Shown here: in pieces, positions 31,465-44,815 of the stretch
How the letters are laid out: the number at the start of each line of letters is the position of its first letter
Position numbering within the stretch: the stretch's first letter is position 1
Source: Macrostomum lignano
Taxonomy: Eukaryota
NCBI GenBank assembly: GCA_002269645.1
Contig: NIVC01003185.1
Location: 1 to 64,000 of the forward strand
Direction: 5' to 3'
Length of the DNA stretch: 64,000 bases
The notes under the pieces: model-generated
Database searches by the model: none
The model's input: the letters and a program-made list of their open reading frames with translations, nothing else
What the model was told of the DNA's origin: nothing
Position numbers and translations under genes: made by a program

Positions 31465-34400
31465 CAGGTTCTGGGCTCGGTACGCACCGAGAACTTCAAT
31501 CCGCATCTGATCAGCGTAAGAATCAACGAACGAAAACAGCTGAACGTGAGCTCAAATCGGAAGCTGGCCTACCTGATGGACCTCAAGACTGTTTGCATCT
31601 TTGACCTAGATCGGCAATGCACCATCGGCCAGGTGGATCACGATGTGAAAGTTCATTGGCTGGAGTTGAATGAAACCAGCCGGAAGCTGCTGTTCAGAGA
31701 CAAGAAACTGCGCCTGTTCCTCTACGATGTTGATTCAAGCGAGCGGATCGCCCTACTCAACTATTGCTCCTACGTGCAGTGGGTACCAGGTAGCGACGTG
31801 GTGGTCGCCCAGAGCCGGGACACCCTGTGCATCTGGTACAATGTGGACTCACCAGATCGTATCACCAGCCTGCCATTAAAAGGTGACATCATCGGTGTGG
31901 AGCGCCTGGACGGCAAGACCAACGTGATCGTGCGCGATGGCGCCGCCTCGGTGAATTACATGCTGGACGAGGACCTGATCGAGTTCGGCACTTCAATGGA
32001 CGACGGCGATTTTGGCAGGGCTGCGGCTTTCCTGGAATCGCAGGAGCAATCGCCGGAGGTTGAGACAATGTGGAAGACGCTGGCAGACGCGGCATTGCGT
32101 GCTGGCTCCGTGACAGTCGCTGAAAGGTCCTACGCGGCGCTTGGCGATGTTTGCAAAGCCCGCTACCTGCGACAGGTAAGCTGTGTAGTTGCTAAAAAAC
32201 AAAAATTATGTTTCTATTGCGATGAAATTAGGTTTCCAGTGCTTGCTACACAACAAAAACAGGTGGACGAGCTGGTGCAACGGCTGGCAGCGGAGGGCGA
32301 GCCGGACCCGCTGCTGCACTACCAAGTGCAGGCAAAACTGGCCCTGCTGGACAGAGACTTCAAACGGGCCGAGCAGATTTATCTGGAACAGAACGCAGTT
32401 GACGAGGCTATCGAGATGTACAAGTCTATGCAACGCTGGGAGCTGGCTCTTGAGGTGGCAATGGTGAAAAATCATCCCGAGTTGGAGCAGCTCAAGAAAG
32501 GCTACTTGGATTGGCTGAGCCGGACCAATCAGGAAGAGAAGGTAAGAAGGTAGAATGCACAGATGTCTGATGTACTGCAGCTAAATAAATTTCAGTCTCT
32601 GCCAAGCCTTGAGACTTTATTGGAAATATGTTCCGCATCACACTACTGTAGGTAGTTTAAGTCAAGTAAAATGGCAAAAGGACTAACGCCTCCAAAATCT
32701 GAATCACGCCGATAATACGCACAAAAGGAATTCCAGTTCAGTTTAGGAAGCATAATATGCCTTTCTTACAACTAAAACCCGAACGCAGGTCGGCGAGATG
32801 AAAGAGCGCGAAGGCGATTACCAAGGCGCCATCTCTTTCTACCTGAAATCCGGTCTGCCCGGCCGGGCCGCCCAGCTGGCTTTGAGTCGCGACGAGCTGC
32901 GCTCGAACAACGACCTGATGAGCCGCATCGCGACCGCTTTAGAACGGGCCGAACTGTTTGAAAAAGCTGGCGAACTATTCGAACGCATCGGCAACAATAC
33001 TGAGGCTATGAAGTGCTACAGGCGCGCTAAGGCGTTTCTTCGAGCCGTGGACTTGGCGCGGCACGCCTACCCTTCTGAGGTGGTCCGCCTGGAGGAGGAA
33101 TGGGGCAACTACCTGGCCATGCAGAAACAGATGGACGCAGCTGTACAGCACTTTATCGAGGCCGGAGTTTACACCAAAGCTGTGGACGCTGCTATTGGAT
33201 CGCGACAGTGGCTCAAGGTATTTAGTATAGGTCGACTTGAGAAGCCTAGTTAAAATGCTCTGGAAATACCAAATGGCCTGAGAACAACCGCTATCTATGA
33301 AACGCATTGAGAAAATGAAATAGAGGGGCTTGTAGCCTTGGTGGTCAGAGCGTCGGACTCACGACTTGAAGGTCGGGGATTCGATTCCTGATTCCACTGG
33401 GACACTTTGTATCCTTTGTGCAAGACACTTAACTCTGCATTGCTTCAGTTCACCGAGCTGTAAAATGGGTGCCAGAATTAGCTGGGGTAATTGAGGCTGT
33501 GTGTGACGACCCCTCCCCCCCAGTCCTTGGACTGAACAGCCGTACGCAGCCTTCAGATGCGCCGCGCAATAGCTGCGGCTGAGCTGTCCGGTTGCCGCAT
33601 TAATACAGATGTAATCAATTATTGTTATTATTACGATTATCATCGTAATTATTTTAGAGATATTCAATTTTAAGTTTACTCTCTTTCCGGCTTATTGCGA
33701 GCGAATCACGGCCGAATTTCGCGATTAGACGTCAAATTTAACCTGGGAATCACTTTTTGTAAATAGGAAATTCGTTAGAAAAAAAACTAAAAATTACGCC
33801 TACGATCGTAAATGACTTCATAACTAGTTTACCTATAAACTGGCCCATTTAGTGTTAAGTACAGCTGCACGATAAGAAGTAAGATTCAAGGTCACGTCAG
33901 GATTGTACATGCTGATAAGCGGCGTCTCTGAGAATGCATTACTCCACTTCAACACTTCGCAGGCGGTAGAGATTCTGCGCAACATGGGCGACGCGCCAAA
34001 TTTGAAGCCCTACTACGAAAAGTTGGCCATCCATTTTGCTTCCACAATGGAGCTTGACATCGCCGAGCAGATGTACGTTCAAGCTGGCAATGTGAAGCAG
34101 GCAATCGCCATGTACACGGACGCTGGCAGGCTGGAGGATGCGCACCGGCTGGCGAACAGCCACATGGACCGGCACGAGTTCAGCCAGATGTACACTAAAC
34201 AGGCTGACGAGGCCGAAGCAGCCGGCAGGTACAAGGAGGCCGAGAAACTTTTCCTCACTATTGGCCAGGTAGATCGAGCCATCCGGATGTACAGAAATGC
34301 TCGAATGCACCATGACACGATGCGTCTAGTGCGACAGCACGATCCTGCTAATCTGGCGCAAACTCAGGTAAAGTAACGACCCTATATGAGACTGTCATCT

Positions 34401-37400
34401 GTTTTTCCTTCTTTTTCGATTTCTCCCTTCTCTCTTTTTCCATGGTGTCGCGGTAGGACTTCCTTCCGTACTAACCGTTTAGATCGCCTTTCAAGTTTAC
34501 AAGACCATATAAGACGAAAGAGACAACTGTTTGAATCTGACAATTTTCTTGGTACTCGTAACTCTATCAAAAATATTTTGATAATAACTTTTTAGGCGGC
34601 CGTAGCAGCCCAGCTGGCCGAAGAGGGCAACCACAGGCAGGCGGAGCAGTTCTTCTTGGAAGCCGGCGATTGGAAGGCCGCTGTGAAGATGTACCGCCAG
34701 CTGGACATGTGGGAGGACGCCTACAGGGTGGCTAAGAATCACGGCGAGGGACCGGCGGCCAAGCAGGTGGCCTATTACTGGGCCAGGCACCTGGGCGGAG
34801 AGTCGGCAGTTAAACTGCTTACTAGGTATGGTGGATGCCGAGTCTGTCTGTTTGTATTTCTTATCGTCCTTACTAGGGGAACGCAGCCCAGTAGTCTAGC
34901 GCGCCGCTCTGATGTGCCAGAGCGGTCCCAGGCTCGATTCCAAGTGCAGTCACATTAATTTTGGGCTAAATTGGAATCTCGGCTTGGCTCTGCTCGTGCA
35001 ATTAACGGCCTTGAGGCCCAAACCCCAAGACTCAGTGAAGTGTCCATGCCTAGCAATAAATAAGTTAGAGCCGCTTTACACTCCTGTGCGAGTGTGTGCC
35101 TGCTCAGGGGAGTCGGCGGAATGGGCAGTAATGCCTCTCGCCGGTTGTGTGACAATGTCGCTTAAAGTGTGCCAGGGTGCACAGGCCTCTATTAATAAGA
35201 AATCGTGACTGTTTGCAGATTTTTTGTCTGCATTTGTGCCTTGCATTTAAGTGCCCTTAATGTTTCAAGTTTTAAATAAGGTCCTCCTCTAGAAGCCTTG
35301 TTGCATAAAACCATCCTTCAGATTCGGCCTGTTGGAATCAGCCATCGACACCGCCATCGAGAACTCGGCGTTCGACTTTGCTTTCGAACTATCAAAGAAT
35401 CTCATGCAGCATAAGACGCCCGAGATACACTTAAAGTACGCCATGTTTTTGGAAGACGAAGGCAAATTTGCCGAGGCTGAGGAGCACTTCATCAAGGCTA
35501 ACAAGCCCAAGGAGGCTGTGCTCATGCACGTGCACGCTCGTAACTGGGACGCGGCAAGACGCGTAGCGGAGAAACACGACAAGGGCTCGATCCCTGACAT
35601 CCTGGCCGGTCAGGCTCGTCTAGCATTCGAAGAGAAGGAGTTCCAGAAGGCCGAGGCGCTGCTGCTACGGGCAGAACGACCAGAATTGGCCGTGAAATTC
35701 TACAAAGAGGCCGGCATGAAGACGGACGCGTTGCGAGTGTGCAAAGAGTACCTGCCGCATAAACTGGCCCAGCTCTCTGTGAGTTGCCTCCACAGCTGTG
35801 TCTCTGCCTGTATGTCCTATTGTCTTTGGCTGTGTCAGTGTCTGTCAATCCCTACCAAGCTGTGTCAGTGTCTATCTATTCTTACCAAGCTGTATCAGTG
35901 TCTATCAATCCCTACCAAGCTGTATCAGTGTCTGTCACTTCCTACCAAGCTGTGTCAGTGTCTGTCAATCCCTACCAAGCTGTGTCAGTGTCTGTCAATC
36001 CCTACCAAGCTGTGTCAGTGTCTGTCAATCCCTACCAAGCTGTGTCAGTGTCTGTCACTTCCTACCAAGCTGTGTCAGTGTCTGTCAATCCCTACCAAGC
36101 TGTGTCAGTGTCTGTCAATTCCTACCAAGCTGTGTCAGTGTCTGTCAATCCCTACCAAGCTGTGTCAGTGTCTGTCAATTCCTACCAAGCTGTGTCAGTG
36201 TCTGTCAATCCCTACCAAGCTGTGTCAGTGTCTAAATTCCTAGAGTTGTCAGTTTCTTGCATTTTTGTCTGACAATACGTTTAATCCTTTTTATCGACTG
36301 TCGCCGCATGCACCACAGGAGGAGCTCGAGTACGAGGCCACCGCCCAGAAAGCGGACGGCATTCAGAATCTGATCAGAGAGGCCAAACAATACGAGGCCT
36401 CTGGTAACCACCTGAAAGCGGTGGAGATGTACCTGAAGCTCACAACCGACGTCACGAACGACGAGTCGATGTTGGCAGGCGCCTGGCGCAAAGCCGCCGA
36501 CCTCGCCGTGAAATTCCTTAGCGCCGACAAGCACGAAAAAGTGGTAGACATTGTTGCCAACCGGCTGAAATCGATCGGGCGTCACGCGGACGCAGCCGAG
36601 GTCTACCTGCGCGTAGAGATGGTCCAAGAGTGCGTGGACGCCTACATCAGCGCCGAGGATTGGTCTAACGCGCGACGGGTTGCTAAGCAACTGGAGCCAA
36701 GACTAAACAGCTACATTGAGACAAAGTACAAGGAAAGCCTAACCTCGGCTGGCAACGCTCAGGTGAGAGAGATTCCGATTGAACCCCTAGGCCCAGGGTT
36801 CGATTCCTCTATGCGTGCCTGTGCAGCAATCCGTGTGCTTGGCTTTTGAAATGTTTTAAGCTTAACGTCTGGTGGTTTTGAATGGTCGTAAAACTCACGA
36901 TCCTTGAACGATGGTTGGTTGGTTGTACTGCAGTGACAAACGCAGAATTTTTAATTGGAGGGGGATGCAACTCTAATGGAGGGGCTGGCAGCAGCAGCCT
37001 GAAGGGTCAGCTCAAGCGCCTGCAAGTCAGCAATGAGGCAGTCCGTTAGAGTGGCAGTGCGGGCCTGGCCGCGGCGCCATTGCTCGGTTGACCGGTGCAG
37101 CATGGCCAGGGGCAGGATGGACGGGCGCACCGTAGCCCAGGGTCCGTAGGCAGTGGCCCAGCAGCATCTGACGGCGCCGGCGCAGGGTAGTGGAGCGATG
37201 GCGGAGTTCCAGCGTGGGCCATCAGAGCGTTGGTCGGCAGGCGCTCCGGGTAGTGCACGCCCAGCGCGTAGTGAAGCAGCGGTCGGTAGAGCGCGTCCAG
37301 GGCTCGCTCTCGCGTCTCGGTCAGCGGCACAGCCTCAATATGCCGTACAGGAGGATCGGCACCAAGTCTAGTGGATCGGCATACTTAGACCGCAGGCTGA

Positions 37401-39367
37401 CACGAGCGATTGTTGGCTATAGAGGCTAAAGAGTTGAGCAAGACGCTTCAGCACTCAATACAGAACTATTGAATGCCTCAATGACTGCAAGTTGGTGTCC
37501 TTAAAATTCATAAACTAGCTAAATTTCATTAGTGAGTACATGCCTGACTATCAGGAAATCAGGGCCGCTGTAAACCCTGTGTGAGCGTGTTTATGAGTGC
37601 GCTTGCATGTGCTCAGGAGTGCCAGGGTGCCCAAACTTTGTTTTTAACGATAACGCCAACAACACTTCACACGAACCCAGGAGCTGGCAGCCACAGGCGA
37701 CGTTGGATCCGCTGTTGACATGCTCGCCGCCAAAGGCCAATGGGAAAAGTGCCTCGCCATGGCCGAGAAGCAGGACTACAAGCTGCTGCACAAATATGTG
37801 GCCATGTACGCTACCAATCTCATCAAGGAGGGCAATACGGAGGCGGCATTGACGCTCTACGTGAAACACGGCGCCCCGGCGTTCCAGCAGAACTACAACA
37901 TCTACCGCAAGATATTTAAGGACGTCATCAGCATGCGGGACATGTGCAAGCCTGGTGCCTATCCGATCTGGGCCGACCTGCGCGACTTCCTGCTCAATTT
38001 GGTGCACAATTTGGAGAAGTCCTCGGACAGGGGCTCGCAGGATCACGAACTGTTTGACCAGCTGCTAACTATTGGGCACTACTGTGCCATTCGGTTAGTA
38101 CTTGCCGACTGGCTTCTCAGACTCCAGGAGCCAGGGCCAGACCCCTTTACCCAAGAGGGCTAAGACAGACAGCTCACTCTTTAATTACTTTTTCACTCAC
38201 TCATAATAGCCACCTCACACCGAAATTAAGCTATGAACCCAGCTAAACACATCGCACGAATAACTAGATGAAAATTAAAATTGCTACTATCGAGTTTAAA
38301 CCCCGAATCGTCATCACAGGTCAGCGATGCTGTCGGACGACTCTTTAAAGCCGCAAGCGACCAAAGTGGCCATCAGTCTGCTGCGATACACGGAGTACAT
38401 GCCGGCCGACAAGGCCTTCTACGAGGCTGGTATAATGTGCAAATCCATCGGCTGGGATAACATGGCATTCGTGTTCCTCAATCACTATTTGGATCTAATC
38501 GAAGCGATCGAGGATCAGGACGATTCGTCCTTAAATCATTCGGATTTCGAGGGCACGGACATACCAGCCGAAGTGCCTCTGCCAGCCTCGCCCCACACTA
38601 ACAGTACAGAGTACGAAGAGGTGAGTACTCGCCGAGTATGCATGGGCGTTTTAGAATACCTAGATAGATTAAATGATTAATAGTTTAGGCTTTTTAAGGG
38701 GTGTAGATTGGATTCAAAGGGTGCAGTTTGGATTCAAGGGGTGCAGTTTGGATTCAAGGGGTGTAGTTTGGATTCAAGAGATGTAGCCTGGATTCAAGGG
38801 GTGTAGTTTGGTTTCAAGGGGTGTGGTTTGGATTGAAGGGGTGTGGCTTGGATTCAAGAGATGCAGTTTGGATTCAAGAGATGTAGCTTGGATTCAATGG
38901 GTGTAGCTTGGATTCAAGGGGTGTAGCCTGGATTCAAGAGATGTAGCTTGGATTCAAGAGATTTGGTTTGGATTCAAGGGAGTAGCCTGGATTCAATGAT
39001 GTAGCACCAATGATTAGCATAATGCTTTAACAAGATCCACCCTTAACCGCAGGTGAAAGCCTGGATCCTGGAAGTATCAATGAACCAACGCATGGAACAG
39101 ACGCTGCCGAAAGACAATCGAGGCATATTCGAGGCCTCACTAATTGGCGGCCAGATGAGCCCCTATCCGCCATGCGTGATCACCGGTTACCCGGTGCTAG
39201 AGACTGGCGTGCAGTTTAAACGGACGGACAAGACGGCTAACAAAGACGATTATAACAAGATGCTGACGGCCACTAAGATGAGCCACTCTGTGGACTGCCA
39301 GGATGTGCTGAAATTCATCACGAACTGGTGCGGCAATCTGCCAATGCCGACTTACTCGTTCAAGTGA
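31465..39367 (+). pseudogene. IFT172: 5'-truncated IFT172 duplicate (lacks promoter, exon 1 and the first 63 codons of exon 2)
   Basis: Apparently identical to 21265-29167. The GTG start called at 31456 is a junction artefact. Confidence 0.88.
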
Positions 39368-39949
39368 TTTGGAACGAAAATACAGGATTGCTGAACATAT
39401 ATACTACTAATAGCGACTCGGACTTTGAGCCTAATTAACGCCTACTTTTCTCGTTTAATAATTACTGTTCTGTTTTCTACAACCAAGACAAAATAAAGAG
39501 AGATTATAAATACGAAAGTCGATATTGCACCTGAACGTTTTCAATAGCCTTTGAGCAATATACAGAAATAAAAAATAATATTGTACGGAAGTAGAATAAA
39601 TGTACTTCCTTTAATAAATTTCTGCTTGTTTATACTTTGCACCATTTAAAAACTAAAAAGAACACACCGACAAGAAGTCTTTGGTTAATACTTGATACTG
39701 ACGTAAAAAGAACATATAGGGAAGAGCGATGAAAAAAGATAGCCAAAACTGCATCAAAGAGCAGAGTTACTGCTGAGCCATTCCGCTGACTCTTGAGCAT
39801 ACATGAGCACATGAGCTAGTCTAGGATACGTACTTCTGACACACCATCAATAAAAACTGGCACAATGGCCCGATGACAAAAAAAACAGAATCACAAAAAC
39901 TGACGCGAGTCTGTGTCATAATCAACTGACGCTATTGGGTGAAAAACTG

Positions 39950-42900
39950 TCAAAGACCCGCTCGCCCAATACTGATAGCTTTGCACAACCATTTCGGCGA
40001 CACGAGCGACACCAGGAAGCTGGGAATGCTGATGCCCGCGAGCGCTAATGAGAGCAGCAGACAGCCAATTAGACAGACGAGCGAAGTCAGGGTTGGTGCC
40101 AGGGACATAACAGGATTTGAAGGACTGTTGAGTAGAGTCTGCGGTGTAGTAGAGGGTAGCAAATTGCTATTAGTTGGTTCATGAAGCTAAGAATGATAGC
40201 ACTGACTGAATGTGGACCGTGTCTTTGTGGGGCCTGACTCATCTGACTCAATGTGGACCGTGTCTTTGTGGGGCCTGACACATCTGACTCAATGTGGACC
40301 GTGTCTCTAAGAGGCCTGACTCTTCTGACTCAATTTAGACCGTGTCTTTGTGGGGCCTGACTCATCTGACTCAATGTTGATCGTGTCTTTGAGGGGCCTG
40401 ACACATCTGACTCAATGTTGATCCGTCTTTGAGGGGCCTGACACATCTGACTCAATGTTGATCGTGTCTTTGAGGGGCCTGACACATCTGACTCAATGTT
40501 GATCCGTCTTTGAGGGGCCTGACACATCTGACTCAATGTTGATCCTGTCTTTGTGGGGCCTGACACATCTGACTCAATGTTGATCGTGTCTTTGAGGGGC
40601 CTGACACATCTGACTCAATGTGGACCGTGTCTCTAAGAGGCCTGACACATCTGACTCAATGTTGATCGTGTCTTTGAGGGGCCTGACACATCTGACTCAA
40701 TGTTGATCGTGTCTTTGAGGGGCCTGACACATCTGACTCAATGTTGATCGTGTCTTTGAGGGGCCTGACACATCTGACTCAATGTTGATCGTGTCTTTGA
40801 GGGGCCTGACACATCTGACTCAATGTAGACCGTGTCTCTAAGAGGCCTGACTCTTCTAAGTCAATGTTGATCGTGTCTTTGAGGGGCCTGACACATCTGA
40901 CTCAATGTTGATCCGTCTTTGAGGGGCCTGACACATCTGACTCAATGTTGATCGTGTCTTTGAGGGGCCTGACACATCTGACTCAATGTTGATCCGTCTT
41001 TGAGGGGCCTGACACATCTGACTCAATGTTGATCCTGTCTTTGTGGGGCCTGACACATCTGACTCAATGTTGATCGTGTCTTTGAGGGGCCTGACACATC
41101 TGACTCAATGTGGACCGTGTCTCTAAGAGGCCTGACACATCTGACTCAATGTTGATCGTGTCTTTGAGGGGCCTGACACATCTGACTCAATGTTGATCGT
41201 GTCTTTGAGGGGCCTGACACATCTGACTCAATGTTGATCGTGTCTTTGAGGGGCCTGACACATCTGACTCAATGTTGATCGTGTCTTTGAGGGGCCTGAC
41301 ACATCTGACTCAATGTAGACCGTGTCTCTAAGAGGCCTGACTCTTCTAAGTCAATGTTGATCGTGTCTTTGAGGGGCCTGACACATCTGACTCAATGTTG
41401 ATCGTGTCTTTGAGGGGCCTGACACATCTGACTCAATGTTGATCGTGTCTTTGAGGGGCCTGACACATCTGACTCAATGTAGACCGTGTCTCTAAGAGGC
41501 CTGACTCTTCTGACTCAATGTTGATCGTGTCTTTGAGAGTCCTGACTCATCTGACTACAAATATAGACTGGGATTTAGCAAAGCCGGATAAAACTCTTAA
41601 GAAGACCCACCAGCAGCGAGCAGAGCAGGTGACTTGACCACACAGCTGCGAGCAGGTGCAGTTTACGGCTCTCCAGACAGGCGAACGTCACCACAGTCCA
41701 GCAGATGTTCAGACAGGAGAACAGCAGGGCCAGACAGGCGGACACCAGCAGGAAAGCTTCGTGCTCACCGGCCAAACCGACGGAGCCGGGGCCGGACACG
41801 TCAGCCAGCAGGTTCACCATGGCGAATGCCCCGGACATGAAGCCGAAGCCGAGGCCGCACACTGCCGGAGGGAGTGACAATGGCGATTAATGAGAGTGAC
41901 AATGTCGATGCATGAGAGTGACGATGGCGACGGATGAGAGTGACAATGGCGATGGATGAGAGTGACAATGTGGATGGATGAGAGTGACAATGGCGACGGA
42001 TGAGAGTGACAATGGCGATAGATGAGAGTAATAATGTTGATGAATGAGTGACAATAGCGATGGATGAGAGTGACGATGGCGATGGATGAGAGTGACAATG
42101 TCGAAGGATGAGAGTGACAATGGCGATGGATGGGAGTGACAATGACGATGGATAATAGTGACAATTGCGATGGATGAGAGTGACAATGGCGATAGATGAG
42201 AGTGACAATGTCGAAGGATGAGAGTGACAATGGCGACGGATGAGAGTGACAATGGCGATGGATGAAAGTGACAATGGCGACGGATGAGAGCGACAATGGC
42301 GATAGATGAGAGTGACAATGGCGATAGATGAGAGTGACAATGGCGATGGATGAAAGTGACAATGCAACGGATGAGAGTGACAATGGCGATAGATGAAAGT
42401 GAAAATGTCGATGGATGAGTGACAATGTCGATGGATGAGAGTGACAATGGCGATGGATGAGAGTGACAATGTCGATGAATGAGAGTGACAATGGAGATGG
42501 ATGAAAGTGAAAATGTCGATGGATGAGAGTGACAATTGCGATGGATGAGAGTGACAATGGCGATGGATGAGTGACATTGTCGATGGATGAGAGTGACAAT
42601 TGCGATGGATGAAAGTGACAATGTCGATGGATGAGAGTGACATCGATGAATGGGAGTGACAATGGCGATGGATAAGAGTGACAATATTGATGGATGAGAG
42701 TGACAATAGCGATGGATGAGAGTGACAATGGCGATAAATGAGAGTGACAATGGCGATAAATGAGAGGGAAAAAGGCGATGGATAATAGTGACAATGGTAA
42801 GAGTGAGTGTCATCGGGATAGGTGAAGTAGATAACAGTACGCTCATAACTAAAGAGTGACAACAACAGATACACCGAGGGTGACATTCACTAATTCCCCT

Positions 42901-44133
42901 CACCATAGGACAGGCTGTTCAAGTCTAGAATCTGAGAGCCAGAACTGCTTGGACGCGTCTCCTGCGTGAGCCTGACCCGGTCGACACGGGTCCGAGACGA
43001 ACCCGACAGCGAGACAACGCTTGGCTGCGCTGCGGCACCCGGACTAACGACAACAGCGGCGGAGGCTGCCGTCACCGAGACAACGGCAGAATCGCCGGTA
43101 GCTTCGTTGGAATCAGCCAACGTCCGGGTCGATTCCCCTTCTTCGGCTACGGCAATTTTTTGTAGCCCCAACTGCGCTTTTCTACAATGACAGTTGAGGC
43201 ATAAGGACATTACGAGTACAAGCAGCGCTGAGGGCAATGCTGCCGTTCCGCTGACTCATGAGAGCACACACAAAGCGCACCAGTACTGTACACAGACACG
43301 CACTCATACACACGCTCACACAGGGTGTACAGCTGCCATTTGACTTTCTAATCGTCAGGCATGTACACTTTCTGTGCCTTGGGCGGTTGGCCCTCATGGC
43401 TGAGAATCGCAGGACAGGCCACCCCAACCCACGACAATCGCACGACAACCCACCCCAACCCACGACAATCGCACGACAACCCACCCCAACCGCACGACAA
43501 CCCATCCCAACCCACGACAATCGCACGACAACCCATCCCAACCCACGATTATCGCACGACAACCCACCCCAACCCACGACAACCCACCCCAACCCACGAC
43601 AACCCACCCCAACCCACGACAACCCACCCCAACCCACCCCAACCCACGACAACCCACCCCAACCCACGACAACCCACCCCAACCCACGACAATCGCACGA
43701 CAACCCACCCAATAATTTCTGTATTCTACTAAACTAAATCATTTCAACAGATTTTCCTGTGCCCGATAGTTGTTGTCTATGGTAAAAAGCATTCAAATGC
43801 TACTCACTTCAACAAGTAGTACAAGGCTACACGAATCATTTCCTGGAAAATCACCGATACAACCATGCCGAAGGCCAGATAGCCGCGCAGTGGCACAATT
43901 GCGTACCATACTACTGCCGAAAGTAGCAATGACAGCAACCAGAAAAACGAACTAAATTTGTTTAAAAAAAGATGATTATTAAATGCGGTAAATTCTATAT
44001 AAATATTGACAATAACAAACCTGCATGTTAAAATGATAATCTTCAATGGATTACTGGCCACAGTAAAAGCGAACATAACCAATACGGGAGAAAATGCCAC
44101 CAGAGAGCAGCCGAAAAACTCCATTAAAGTCAT
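39950..44133 (-). CDS. APH1: Gamma-secretase subunit APH-1: exons 44133-44021, 43951-43808, 43181-42904, 41861-41611, 40138-39950 (324 aa)
   Basis: MTLMEFFGCSLVAFSP, SSFFWLLSLL, VIFQEMIR, YVCGLGFGFMSGAFAMVNLLAD..GPG (GxxxG), SHLLCSLL|TLLN; GT-AG junctions with matching phases. Confidence 0.93.
40203..41556. repeat. 41-bp minisatellite (CTGACACATCTGACTCAATGTTGATCGTGTCTTTGAGGGGC), about 33 copies, APH-1 intron 4 (duplicate 30003-31356)
   Basis: Direct periodicity, with variant units recurring at a 490-bp offset. Confidence 0.95.
41870..42800. repeat. About 22-bp minisatellite (GATGGATGAGAGTGACAATGGC), APH-1 intron 3
   Basis: Direct, somewhat degenerate periodicity. Confidence 0.93.
43420..43710. 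repeat. About 20-bp C-rich minisatellite (AACCCACGACAACCCACCCC), APH-1 intron 2
   Basis: Direct periodicity. Confidence 0.92.
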
Positions 44134-44308
44134 GCCGGCACTTTCTAGGCGGCTTGTCACGTTTGAACAAGCAGAAATATTAGCGAGATTTATTTATTGG
44201 ATTGTTTTATATAGCTAAGGACACTACTTGTATGAGTCTGAATAGAATGTTGCTGTTTAAATTTGCCGCAATCAAGCAAAATATCCTCGATATAGATATT
44301 TGTAGCTT

Positions 44309-44578
44309 TAATAATAATAATAATAACTGAATACACCTGCCCTAATAAGTAAATAAATGGCATCTGAATTCTGAAGGCTGCGTACGGCTGTTCAGTCTAA
44401 GGACTGGGGGGTCGCCACACACCCTCAATTACCCCAGCTAATGCTGGCACCCATTTTACAGCTGGGTGAACTGAAGCAATGCAGAGTTAAGTGTCTTGCT
44501 CAATCAAGACACAAATTGTTCAAGACACGAGTGAGTTGAGAATCGAACCACCGACGCTCTACCCACTATCCTACAACC
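44309..44578 (-). mobile_element. CORE-SINE family A copy between CWC27 and APH-1
   Basis: Reverse complement matches 23125-23455; (TTA)n tail; decayed tRNA-like head. Confidence 0.85.
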
Positions 44579-44815
44579 TAATAAAAATTAAAAGTACACA
44601 ACCAAGACAAAAGTACATATTCCTTAATACAATGATAAATGCAAGAGTAGCAATAGTTAATTTACTTGTCTTTTTTGGTATTTTATAATTTACAATATTA
44701 TAGGAAAAGCAGAACAAACGAACAGAGCAAGGGGCCATTTTTATGGCTTGCAGGACGATTCTCATGGACAACAGATTAGAACGGATATACACAGCGGCAA
44801 CAAGGTCGCTATTAT

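Larger units (their letters stand above)
21265..41664. repeat. Direct tandem segmental duplication, unit 10,200 bp (21265-31464 and 31465-41664)
   Basis: Every ORF from about 21.5-31 kb recurs at +10,200 with an identical translation. Flanks diverge at 21263 vs 31463 and at 31465 vs 41665; there is a single T of microhomology. Confidence 0.97.

Noticed and set aside
31465-39367. A diverged, functional IFT172 paralogue
   Set aside because: No visible divergence, no start exon or promoter, and the duplication itself is unverified.
41801-42906. His/Cys-rich 326-361 aa ORFs (SIAIVTLIHRHCHSHPS) suggesting a metal-binding protein
   Set aside because: All three minus frames are open over the 22-bp array in APH-1 intron 3, and the flanking exons splice cleanly around it.
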